64,000 nucleotides of DNA, from positions 28,520,001 through 28,584,000 of the forward strand of contig NC_045138.2 of assembly GCF_008831285.2 (NCBI RefSeq), given 5' to 3'. The notes under the pieces were generated by a model. The model searched no databases. It was not told the origin of the DNA and was given only the letters and a program-made list of their open reading frames with translations. Made by a program: the position numbers and the translations under genes. The stretch comes from Nymphaea colorata (lineage: Eukaryota). Positions 12,781 to 24,240 of this stretch are shown here, one piece after another; positions within the stretch are counted from its first letter, which is position 1; every line of letters begins with the position of its first letter.

Positions 12781-12894
12781 TTTGAGAGGAGCTCAATCCA
12801 TTTATCTGCAATAGCCAATAGCCACGTGAAGGCGATAGTCGAACCCAACCCCTCCATCCTTCACAGAAATGCAAAATGTTGGCATAGCACTAAC
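12781..12894 (-). pseudogene. SBE2: SBEII exon frameshifted by a 7-bp duplication
   Basis: cag|[26 protein letters not shown], then GGCTATT repeated (12810-12823), after which ADKWIELL is out of frame; gtaagt donor. Confidence 0.9.
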
Positions 12895-13343
12895 CTGCAA
12901 ATTGAGACAAAAAGAAAATATGTAAGCAAATACAAGATTTGAGATATGATAAATAAAGTCTTCTACATATCTATTTTGAAAAAAAAAAGGAAAGAACCAT
13001 ATCCATGACAGAAGCCTTAGCATAGAAAAAGTAGACGAAATGGATTACTAAGCAGTAATATTAACTTATTTTTTCCCTTCCCTGTTACTACTATAAAGAC
13101 TAGCACAACAATTGCGTCTGATGACTTGTTCATAGATTCACAATATACATCAAGTACATCAACTTTTTGATGCATTGCAATTCCTAGAGAGACCCGTATA
13201 ATGCTATAATTCCATAACAAATTTATGAAGATGCATGACAAAGTGGGTATAGCACCAAGCTAGTCTAAACATATTCACATGCTAACTAGCTAATCAATAC
13301 GGAAAGGAAAAGACATAGTAACATTGGAAAGTACTGCCCTTAC

Positions 13344-13472
13344 ATCTTCACCAACAGTAACTGCTTCAGGATAGAGACCATGTATAAGGTCATTAGCAAG
13401 CATCAAATAAACCACAGCATCTACATCAGTTGCAAATCCAAAGTACTCATTATAATTTCCCGTAAATGCCAC
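13344..13472 (-). pseudogene. SBE2: SBEII exon (129 nt)
   Basis: cag|[43 protein letters not shown]|gtaagg. Confidence 0.9.
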
Positions 13473-13798
13473 CTGATAAAAAATTCACCATGCTCATAAT
13501 TAGAAGCAGAATATAGAGACTACAAATAATGCTGCCAATGAGGTCAAACCAAAATAAATGCTGATACAGGAACAGATACGGGCAACTTTAGAAAATGTTG
13601 GCGTGGGAGTACAGCAGGGTGTGTATATTTATATATGCAAAATAATACAAAAAGTTAAAAATGAAAACAACATTTAAATAAACAACATATATAAAGAGAA
13701 ATAACTCACAAAAACAGAATGTAAACTGTGTTAGAAGCAAGGAAGATCAAGTAAAATAAGAGGTTTGGATCAGTTTCGATCCAAAAAGTATGTAGGTG

Positions 13799-13903
13799 TG
13801 TCTAAATACCAGTTTTGTCGTGTGGGTATGGGACCTACTGAAGTACTCATGTCTAAATACCAGTTTTGTCTGTGTAGGTATGGGACCTACTGAAGTACTC
13901 ATG
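13799..13903. repeat. Tandem duplication of about 52 bp in an SBE intron
   Basis: tgtctaaataccagttttgtc...ggtatgggacctactgaagtactca present twice. Confidence 0.85.
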
Positions 13904-14316
13904 TGACTTAGACTGAGCCAACCAAACTGATAAATAGCAAGAAACAGTTGAATGTCCAATGCCCACCTGCAATCTTTCTTAGCCAAAAAAGAAAAGGCAA
14001 GAGAGGCAGAGAGAAGTGAAATATAAGAGAGGACATAATTAGGGTTGTAAATAGGCCAGATTTGGTTTAAAGTTTTGTTGTTTTTCTATTTACCAAGTCT
14101 TGAATCATCCCAACCTCTGACATATATTCTGTCCCATACCCAGCCCATTTGCAATTCTAGCTATGATGGAGGGACCACCATATTGATTAATTAGCCAAAA
14201 GAACACCTATACATTGAACCAATACGAGAAAAACAATTTTCGAAATCAAATTCAAGATAAACGGCTAAATAAAATGTATAGGAAGAAACAACAAACAAGA
14301 GAAGTTCCCAATATAC

Positions 14317-14427
14317 CTGCAAACCATGGTGAGTATACATCATCGAGGTGACACCATCAAATCTAAAACCATCAAATTTGTATTCCTCCAGCCACCATCT
14401 CACGTTAGAAAGCAGAAACCTCAATAC
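14317..14427 (-). pseudogene. SBE2: SBEII exon (111 nt) containing the catalytic nucleophile motif
   Basis: tag|[37 protein letters not shown]|gtatat. Confidence 0.9.
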
Positions 14428-14524
14428 CTAAAGTTGAACACAAGTCAAACAAAATATGACCTGAAAAAGAAGAGAAAATGAAAAAAAGAGAGTTGAGCTC
14501 AGGTTGGAACTCAGTAGGTGTTAC

Positions 14525-14654
14525 CTCCCAATTTCCATAGTTAAAGAGGCGAGAGCCCCACATCCGATGATAACCTCGTGGACCACTGTGGAAATAGTGT
14601 GTGTCTGTACCATCAAACATGTTCAAGCCATCCAGTGCGTTGTTCGAAGCATGG
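14525..14654 (-). pseudogene. SBE2: SBEII exon (130 nt)
   Basis: cag|[43 protein letters not shown]|gtaa; usual HWMWDSR is altered. Confidence 0.9.
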
Positions 14655-16121
14655 CTGTATATGATCACACCTATAATTAAGACTTAAACCACCTAAGAAG
14701 ATATTTATTAAAATACAGATTTTTCATGCACAATGTCTTTTTTTCATATACATAAATGGAAAGTTTATGTATTGAGACATTCATGGATCTGAACCTTGGA
14801 CATATTAAAGTTCACTGTCAAGAAGATTTTAGACAAAGCAAAAGAATCCGATGCAAGGAAAAGAAAGAGCGCAGACAAGGAAATGAAAAGTATTTTCCCC
14901 AGCACCATGAAAGAATTACATCAAGCAATAGTTCCACCAAGGGCAAGAACTTGAGCCTCCACCACCACTAACTCGGGCACCGCTCCAAACAAAGCAGAAA
15001 AGTCCTCTTAATGTCATTATCATACATATTGCAACATTATCCGAGGGGAAAAAATGTCAAGTTGAAATTCTGATGCAGGAGCAAAGACTCAGAAAAAAGA
15101 GCCAAAAATATGTTTCTTTCTCAAACCTTACAAAGTACAGATTTGATCTGGATGAAATAAATAGCCAATCAATGGAGGCAACTCCAGTGCTTTAAATTGA
15201 TAGATGCTGCTTGGACAGCTATATGATCCCAACAAATTAGGGTTAAACAGTTCCTTGCAAAAAATAAATACCTAAATCTAATGGCAAAACTAAACATAAT
15301 TCACCAGATAGGACACTATACTGACTCCGTTTTTCAGATTTGATTGCCAAAAATATTTCATAAACTATAGCAACTTAAATATTATTTTATGATGATGCAC
15401 CGATTAGCAGAGGTGGAACAAAAAAATTTATGTAGAAGTTCCAAGTCAGATTTTGAAAACTTTTCAACCCCTGGGGGACGTAACTCATTTTTCAAGAACT
15501 TTTATACTACAATTCTCTGAGTATGGCATCAAGTGAAAGAGAATTTTGTCTCTTAGGCATAAAATTGTTTGGATGTTTATATAGAACATGACAAGGTTGG
15601 CCCTCTATACCAGAAGATTATGACTCTTCGAAAGTTTCATTAAGTCCTTACAGCAGCACAAAATACAAAAAGGAGTCAACCACTCAGGTAAAATCAGCTG
15701 CACCTGTGCGGGAAATTAAACCTCAATAATGAGCTTGCTAAACTCATTTTTTGTCACGATGGACATCAGGGAAAATCCCGAAATATAAATTAATAAACAA
15801 TCATAAATAAAACAAGGATTTTGCAACAACTATTATTTCCTTTCTCAGCTCATCCATTATGAACCATCCTCGAAAACAAAGCATGCTCAAATTCTGAGGC
15901 TTCATAAACCCGAAACTCTACTCCTTAGTCCTGAATCATAAGTTTTCAAGTAGACCAGGCCACTGTAGAAAAACAACACACCAATCCTCTGAGGATCTTC
16001 ATTAAGCATTGGAACATGTAGGAGTTCAAACATTTCAGTATCTTAAGCAACAGAGCAAGTATTTCTGTTGAATGCATTGGCAAGGCATTCAACTTTTCTC
16101 ACATAATGCAAAAAAACTTTA

Positions 16122-16227
16122 TCAAAGAACAAGCAACCCCAGTTCATGAGCCTTATCAATAAGTGATTTGAGATCATCAGAGGTGCCACAATGACTGCTT
16201 ACTGCAAAAAAATTCGTTACATGATAC
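16122..16227 (-). pseudogene. SBE2: SBEII exon truncated by a stop codon
   Basis: cag|[34 protein letters not shown] (TGA 16124-16122); expected MDIVHS and the donor site are missing. Confidence 0.9.
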
Positions 16228-16714
16228 CTGAATTAAAAAAAATAGCATTAGCTTTTACCTATATATTTTCAATTTTTGAGGAGAAAACTACAAAGCAGCT
16301 AACATAATGAGAATGATGAACTAATACTAGTATATGTACACATGCATACAATTATATTCACTAATACTAGCACATGATGCAAACATTCACAGAAGTGACT
16401 TGGACAGACTCCAATTGCTAAAGAACTAAACACCAAAGAAACAGCATTCCCTTGAAACAGGTCCAGAGCAAGGTTGTCTTGATGTTCTAATGGAAACATC
16501 AGCTGAATTACCTTTTTATTAAATGCAAATGCAGCCAAGGTAATGTAAAATGGAGTAAATGAATTTGTGGACAAACATGTTTAACATTAAATAAAAAGTT
16601 GCAGAAACAACTTCAGTGCTTAAAGGGAAAAAATATGTACAAACTCGTGATCTCCACTAACCAACTCCCTAGAGAGTCAAGACCCTTGAACATATTCCGA
16701 GTAAGAAGACATAC

Positions 16715-16836
16715 CCAAAGCTCACATAGTATGAGTGCTCTTGAATAGCCATAAGTTGATCAGCATTGTATCCCAGCCTTTTGATTCGTGGGAGCACTTC
16801 ATCTCTGAAGTTAGCATATGTGTTTATCTTAGGTTC
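16715..16836 (-). pseudogene. SBE2: SBEII exon (122 nt)
   Basis: cag|[41 protein letters not shown]|gtatgt; usual GYNAVQ and YYASFG are altered. Confidence 0.9.
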
Positions 16837-17212
16837 CTGAAATTCAAAACCAAAATTGCTAGAACAATTTCAAACATACAACATAGTAAATGAACAAGGA
16901 ATTAGAAAAGGCAACCATCAAATATCAGGTGATCAGAAGCAAACAAAATAAGAAAACCAACCCATATACTATTTATATTATAGCCTATTGTTTCATTTGT
17001 GTTATTGTTCTAAACCTTCACCTGCAAACCCTTAACCATACAAGCAATGGTTCATGGGGATCATTACATCACCAAGTTGCAAAACCTACATGATTATCTG
17101 CAAGTTTCAATAAGATTCCCAAGAGCATGGCAAAGCTTTTGTTATTTTATAAGAACAAATCAAGAGGGTTGTTAGAAGCATCAAAAGCAATGCAGCTAGA
17201 AGTTGTACCTAC

Positions 17213-17296
17213 CGGACTACTCATCCCAACATGTGCTTCATATATCCTCAATGATTTAGGTGCTTTTGGCTGGGGATGCTTGAATTCAAATTTTTC
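17213..17296 (-). pseudogene. SBE2: SBEII exon (84 nt)
   Basis: tag|[28 protein letters not shown]|gtaggt. Confidence 0.9.
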
Positions 17297-17382
17297 CTAG
17301 AAGAAAAATCAAAATTAATGTAAAAGCTCGGGAAAACTTGGAAGCCTCTTCCTCTAACAAGTTTGTTCATTAAATAGCATAC

Positions 17383-17499
17383 CTCAGGAAGTGGATCATA
17401 ATATATGCCATTATACGGGATTTCCCCAGGGGCTTGCACAGAGAACTTAATCCAAGCAGGAATTGAATCTTTGATGCCAGATGGAGTTTCCATATGGAT
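17383..17499 (-). pseudogene. SBE2: SBEII exon (117 nt)
   Basis: cag|[39 protein letters not shown]|gtatgc. Confidence 0.9.
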
Positions 17500-17774
17500 C
17501 TGCACTTTTTCAAAAAAGTAAATAAAGATAATTCCATTAGACCAAATGCATCTCAAGCAAAATTACTCAAAAAGACTAACAGCTTCAAATAATAGAACTT
17601 TGGTTACTAAAACATTCTGAATTCTCAGCAACAAAGATGGACCATTAAGTATATTAATAGGAAATAAATTAATAATGTACTGGTTCTTCCAATAAAAACA
17701 AATGAAAACCTCCAATACAACAAGCCTTTTCAAATGTTATTTACCTAAAAAACAATCAAACAAGTCCTCAAGTG

Positions 17775-18009
17775 CAGGGGCGAAGGAAAGGTGAGGCTGA
17801 CAGTAGCCAGGGCCCCACCTCACATTTTGAAAAAAAAAAGTATGCTTATATTTTTTTAAAATAAGTTAAAATTAACTTAGCACATGTAAAATTCTGAAAA
17901 ATATTGTTGGATTGAAATTGGACTCCTGTACAAATTTTGAAGATACTATTTGCGCCTGCACCCCCCACACCCCACCCCATCCTTAAAAAAAATTCTGGCT
18001 CCACCTCTG
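17775..18009. mobile_element. hAT-type MITE in an SBE intron
   Basis: caggggcgaag / ggctccacctctg termini; degenerate 8-bp TSD ctcaagtg / ccccagtg; same family as 5207-5390. Confidence 0.65.
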
Positions 18010-18192
18010 CCCCAGTGGGCATGCATTTGGTATATTCCATATATGAAAAATGCCAATAAAAGTAAACAATGCAAAAAAAGGTTATCAAGTAAAAAACTAT
18101 CTTCATACATTCCAATACAATAACTGCTAGGATTGGTTTCAGAATAGAATCCCCTTGTGAAATTGAATTCCAAAATAATCTATCATGCCTAC

Positions 18193-18273
18193 CTTCACAC
18201 GTGATCCATGAGGGATTGGTGGTGAGCCGTCAGCATTATTTGGCAAGAAAATTTCCCAAACACCAAACTCATT
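18193..18273 (-). pseudogene. SBE2: SBEII exon (81 nt)
   Basis: cag|[27 protein letters not shown]|gtaggc. Confidence 0.9.
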
Positions 18274-18761
18274 CTGCAGTCAGATGAATATCAGACTATA
18301 AGAAACTGAAGATCAAGCTAAAATGACTGAATAGAAAGAAAGAAAGAAAACAAATTTACCATCTTCTCATTTGAACTGTACTGTCTTTTTCTATCATGTA
18401 ACTGTTATTGGTAATGATAAGATACCAGTAGTAATTCAAAGACTTCTTTCCCATAAGCAAATAAGTAACCAATTTATTCTTAACTAACATAAAACAAATG
18501 GAATAGGAATGGTTGACCCAGAAGCCGGTAAGGAACCATTGACAGTAGATTCTGTTCCATGCAGATCACCTAGATTGACAACTTTCCTCTAGGAGAAGAA
18601 CAAGTTTTGGTAAGATTGGAAGACCTATAGAATGTAATTATTCTTGTAGAAAAGGTTGAACAAGGGTACTGTTAAAGCCATCTACAGAGATAATAGAAAA
18701 AAAATAAAACAAAACAAAACTGATATTGAATTAACAATCAAACTCCGATAACATGACTTAC

Positions 18762-18821
18762 CCGTGTCATGATATCAGCATTGGGATTCCAATTGTTGAA
18801 ATCGCCAACAAGAGAAGCTGA
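18762..18821 (-). pseudogene. SBE2: SBEII exon (60 nt)
   Basis: cag|SASLVGDFNNWNPNADIMTR|gtaagt. Confidence 0.9.
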
Positions 18822-20438
18822 CTGTAAATAGCATGTAAATAGAGACAAGTGTTTCAGAAGCAGGATTCATCAAATAACCCACAACAGTAGAATAACAATA
18901 AGATTGCAAAGATAAAAAGAAACAATTCAAAAACACACAAGAAAAATATGCAACTTGTGACCATAAGTAACGAACTTAAAATTATTTTAGACAGCTATAT
19001 TAAAGCCAAGTGAAAACTAGGTAGCTTATGTATGCATGCCACATTCTGAAATCTGAACTACAAGAACCTTCTTCCATCCATGACAACAACTATCAATGCA
19101 AATATATCAGCGGATATGCACCAGGCAAAATCATGGGCAACTGCTTATTGGTGGTAAGCAATTCCTTATCAGACAGCCTAAAAGCTTATAACAATGTCAT
19201 AAACAATGTACAGTAGATATCCTCAAGAAGCTTCCAGTCTAAGTCATGTGGACTTGCCAAAACGTTCGCCACACCTGAGTCATCGCTGCATGTGCAGCAA
19301 CCGACAATTTGATTTCATTTTTGTGGAATCATTGTTACTGATAGCTTGTTATTCATTCATTTGTCACTTGTGGGCGATTGTGTACATATACACATACACA
19401 ATCTTGCCGCAACCCCACCTATGTTTTTGAAAAATGTTGCACCTGCAATTCGTATCTGTGGGACATATCTTCCGCTCAAACCCATTGAACAGAAATATTC
19501 ACCAGCTCGAGATTACAAACACATTCCCAGTGTCTTTGATAGGAAACTATTAAACAAAAAAAAAACCTACCATGAGAGTAGAAAACATTCAAAGTTAACT
19601 TAAAGAGAGCTTGCAAGTCCAAGTTAAATCATTCAACATAGTGTAAAAGCATTAACTTTTTGTTTCAAAGTTCAGAGAAGATGAAGCTAAGCTTGTATAT
19701 CCATTCAACCAAGTTGCACATCTACTCAACTTTTCCCAGGTATAAATTAGAATATATAGGTTTTATCAGATATATATACCCCTTATTGCTCATGGCAAAC
19801 TTCAAAATTTGGCAAATTATGGTTACATTCAGATAATTATTATCAGAGACAGAGCTTTAGCCTCCCTATCAAGATTGTTAATGAAAATGAGTTCAGCAAC
19901 TGCAAAGACCAAAAAGAGCAAGTTTTCTACCATGTAACTGTACTTGCAAGCAGAAGATCTTTATCACAGAACACCAAGATCTAGAAAATGAACATAATGA
20001 CAAGGTATGTCACAGGAGGTGCAAATTCTAGTTGACCTAGCCAGCCTAACTGCCCTTGCGTCCCAGATTGTGTCCGGATCAAATCCAGGATCTGATCCCT
20101 TTTGTTTTAAAATGGCTTTTGGTTCCCAACTTCTTAAATTTAAAAGGGACTTAGTTTACAATTCTCTCTTTGTTCTTCTCCTATCTCAAACACTGATGCC
20201 CACCTGCGTCAATCTCCAGCAATCAGCGGTGACCTTTTGGCATGGTTGTTTTTTGTTTTTCCTTTTTTCTTTATCTTTTTCACTTTTATGGTCACTATAA
20301 GATCTTTTACTGTCCCAACGAATTTCTGCAATCCAGTGAGCAAAAGGTAAGAATTTTGCTTTGTCGTTTCGTGGGTTGCTCGCTTTTCTATCGATTCCGC
20401 TCTTTTAGTTCACCTTGTTTTTGAATGTTTGATCCTTG

Positions 20439-20531
20439 GAGTTGTTTTCATAATGGGGTTTTCTAGTGAGAGTTGTTTTTAGAATGGGGTTTTCTAGTGG
20501 GAGTTGTTTTTAGAATGGGATTTTCTAGTGG
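20439..20531. repeat. 31-bp tandem repeat, 3 copies
   Basis: gagttgtttttagaatggggttttctagtg(a/g) three times with few mismatches. Confidence 0.85.
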
Positions 20532-21047
20532 ATGCTTTGGTTCAGCGTCGTTAGAGCTTCATTTTCTTAGTGGGGAGGAAAAGAAACCAGCTTTTGGTGC
20601 TTTTTTTTTTCCTACTATGTTATGCGTTTTCTTCGTCTATTTTGGCCTTTCTCTTTTGTTGGTAAAGTTCGAGCTTGAACGTGATCGTTTCAGCTAATTT
20701 CTTTCTTTTGATGGATTGGTGGGGGAGGTTCCATCTGCCAGATCAGATGTTGCTTCATTAATGATAGTGGTGGAGAAAATGAGGGAGTTAGGGATGGGGG
20801 AGAGAACCGCCAGCATTGGGAAATGGTGCCAGCGGCTGCAGTGATAGGGGATCAACTTGGGGGGAAGGGCCAGTTGAGTTGGGGAAGGGAAGGGAAAGTT
20901 GAGGAAGAGAGGGACGATTACGGAGAAAGATTGTGAGAAAAGCAATTAAAAAACCAAATGAACAGTTAAGGGTCGTCCGATCAAAAAATCGGACAGCTCT
21001 GATCAGCTACCAATTTGACATGTTTACTTTCTCTCTCTGTTTCTCTT

Positions 21048-21049
<2 letters not shown>

Positions 21050-21127
<78 letters not shown>
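21050..21127. repeat. (TA)n microsatellite
   Basis: Pure TA run. Confidence 0.98.
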
Positions 21128-21130
<3 letters not shown>

Positions 21131-21898
21131 AGACATAGATATCCAAAAATTTCCCACATTAAAAGGGAATCCACCATTAACAGTTCACCATGAACACGTA
21201 GGGCCATTTGACGATCATAATAGTTTGTAACCATTTGACGACCATTTACTTTTCACTTGTGGTTTTGCTGCGCACATTTGGCAATTTTGGTTCAACTTCA
21301 CCTACTTCGTCTCAACTGAGTTTACCGCAGCTTGGGATTGGCGGTGGCGTAAGCAGCTAAATTAGTAAAGAACTACGTCAATGCTGGCTTCTATGTTCTC
21401 ATATGGAGAATCTGATGTTTTCGTAACTTGGCAGTGCAAAAAGGAATAGTTAAACATGTCAATCACACAAAGAGAGAAGTCTGACTGTGAAATATTTCTT
21501 AAGCAGGAATGGTATGAATGTGAAAAGGACAACTATCAATCTCTGAATCAAAACAAGCGTTTGAAATTATTTCCTCAATCGTTTATGGAACCATAATTTG
21601 CGCAGGCATTCTGTGGGTAGGTGAATATGGTTGCTGGTCTATCGTTTGTCAGTATTCTGGCTTGTCATGCATAAGTAAATCTATCTGTTCTCTTACCATT
21701 TATCTCTCAAGGATCCGGCTGGCCGGCCGGCCTATCTGTAAATATGTGGATCTCCAACGTGAACTGTTTGGGATATTTTTACATGCACATGGGAGGTTGA
21801 GATGGTCAGCTGTAATACATTACTTCAGAGAAAACTAACCTGCGATGCAGTCAGCTTGTATATCCGTCACCTATATATATATATATATATTATATAAC

Positions 21899-24240
21899 TC
21901 TGCATGTGTCGAGAGAGAGAGGCATAAGTATATAAAGCCACTTAAATTAAAGATAAAACCATACCTTCTAAATTAATGAATTATAGAAGCACTTTTTGAA
22001 ATATAAATTTATAGTTACAATTTTAAATAGGGATTTGATAGGACCACTCATTTGATCGAATTTTTTATATTAAGTTATTTTACCCAAAGCCAAGTATATG
22101 TACAAGATTCCTCGCATTTGTGCTCCAATGATGTCACTTACCATTCTTTATATCTCATTTGATATGGTAGAGCATTAATATGCTTGCCACATTATAATAT
22201 GGAAACTAGAATCATGCATGTCCTTTGAAGCCTTGCTAATAAAGCACAATATCAAAGTGGGATTCCGTGTTGGAGCCCAACTCCAAAGTCAGTTTTGTGT
22301 TTGTTTTGATTCCTCTCGATATAAAAGGGAAAGATATTTTCGAACTTCTTGTGTTTTTATAGTTTTATTTGTTGGTTTCAACTAACAAAACAATACACCA
22401 AATGTTTCCTACGTTTAGAAACCAAAATAAGCCTACGCGTGTGGGACTCCTTGACATTTTCTTCTAGCAATGTTTTGCCTTGTGTTTTTTTCATAAATTC
22501 ACGTTCCAACTTTAAATGAAATCAAACGCAAGCGAAAATTGATAAGAAAAATATTGCATTAAACATAGGTTCCTTAGAAACATTTTTTGGTAGTCTTATG
22601 TTTTATTTACAAAAAAAAAAAACTGATGTGAGTCCCCTTTCGTAAAACTGAGTTATGCTGTTCATGGAGCTCAATGAATCTAAAGTTAGCGGAAAATAAG
22701 TTTTTTTTCCGATGGGCATTTTGAATTATTGAAAAGGAAGAAGGGAGACTTCTGCAGGGTAATTGGGAAGAAACTACGAATCATTGACTGAGCCACCAAC
22801 TTAAATATGTCATGGAGATCTCTCAAAGGCTATTAGAGGGAGGTGCAGGATCAATTTGCAGTTTTCTTTTCTCTTTCTTGGCGAGAAATGTACTTAATAC
22901 CAATTGATCTTCTGGGTGTTCGTCAGGTCTCAATTAGGCCCCATTTTATTGGGGCTGGCTCTACCTTGTCTTCATTCCTACAATTTGAACACAAGGTCCT
23001 GGCGTCTTTGGGATGATTAGACAAAGTGTCCTGAACACTCAGTCCAGGCAAACGAACACTAATTGAAAAATGCATTATTTTGAGGCAAAGAGCACCATAT
23101 TAATTAAGGATGAGAAGTGCTAAATTTTGATCGTGTAGCACAGTATTTTAAGTTATGAGAACACCAGTCCTTTACATCTGGGGGTATCTTCTCCTCTTCT
23201 GCCAGAGAAAATGGTAGGACGAAGAGAAGAATCAGAGGAGATAAACGCATTCTCTGAAGAAATTTTTTGGGGTTCGGTTGCAAACTGATCCTGCACCTCC
23301 CTCTAATAGCCTTTGAGAGATCTCCATGACATATTTAAGTTGGTGGCTCAGTCAATGATCCGTAGTTTCTTCCCAATTACCCTGCAGAAGTCTCCTTTCT
23401 TCCTTTTCAATAATTCAAAATGCCCATCGGAAAAAAACTTATTTTCCGCTAACTTTAGATTCATTGAGCTCCATGAACAGCATAACTCAGTTTTACGAAA
23501 GGGGACTCACATCAGTTTTTTTTTTTTTGTAAATAAAACATAATACTACCAAAAAATGTTTCTAAGGAACCTATGTTTAATGCAATATTTTTCTTATCAA
23601 TTTTCGCTTGCGTTTGATTTCATTTAAAGTTGGAACGTGAATTTATGAAAAAAACACAAGGCAAAACATTGCTAGAAGAAAATGTCAAGGAGTCCCACAC
23701 GCGTAGGCTTATTTTGGTTTCTAAACGTAGGAAACATTTGGTGTATTGCTTTGTTAGTTGAAACCAACAAATAAGACTATAAAAACACAAGAAGTTGGAA
23801 AATATCTTTCCCTTTTATATCGAGAGGAATCAAAACAAACACAAAACTGACTTTGGAGTTGGGCTCCAACACGGAATCCCACTTTGATATTGTGCTTTAT
23901 TAGCAAGGTTTCAAAGGACATGCATGATTCTAGTTTTCATATTATAATGTGGCAAGCATATTAATGCTCTACCATATCAAATGAGATATAAAGAATGGTA
24001 AGTGACATCAATGGAGCACAAATGCGAGGAATCTTGTACATATACTTGGCTTGGGGTAAAATAACTTAATATAAAAAATTCGATCAAATGAGTGGTCCTA
24101 TCAAATCCCTATTTAAAATTGTAACTATAAATTTATATTTCAAAAAGTGCTTCTATAATTCATTAATTTAGAAGGTATGGTTTTATCTTTAATTTAAGTG
24201 GCTTTATATACTTATGCCTCTCTCTCTCGACACATGCAGA
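21899..24240. repeat. Long near-perfect inverted repeat: 962-bp arms (21899-22860 / 23279-24240), 418-bp spacer
   Basis: tctgcatgtgtcgagagagagaggcataag... mirrored by ...cttatgcctctctctctcgacacatgcaga; about a dozen differences by eye; no TSD at the outer ends. Confidence 0.97.

Larger units (their letters stand above)
12042..18821 (-). pseudogene. SBE2: Starch branching enzyme II (GH13 1,4-alpha-glucan branching enzyme) pseudogene; internal 11-exon fragment with introns
   Basis: GT-AG exons on the minus strand: 18821-18762, 18273-18193, 17499-17383, 17296-17213, 16836-16715, 16227-16125 (truncated by TGA), 14654-14525, 14427-14317, 13472-13344, 12894-12781 (frameshift), 12168-12042. Motifs [51 protein letters not shown]. 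No upstream or downstream SBE exons found in the window. Confidence 0.95.

Noticed and set aside
12042..18821. Functional SBE2 gene
   Set aside because: Premature stop, frameshift, deletion, altered conserved motifs, and both termini missing.
20439..20531. Regularly spaced 31-bp repeats (CRISPR-like spacing)
   Set aside because: Head-to-tail tandem repeat with no unique spacers, in eukaryotic DNA.
20933..21234. ORFs with YIYIYI runs (also near 32.3, 41.1, 45.9 and 60.0 kb)
   Set aside because: Artefacts of stop-free (TA)n microsatellites.
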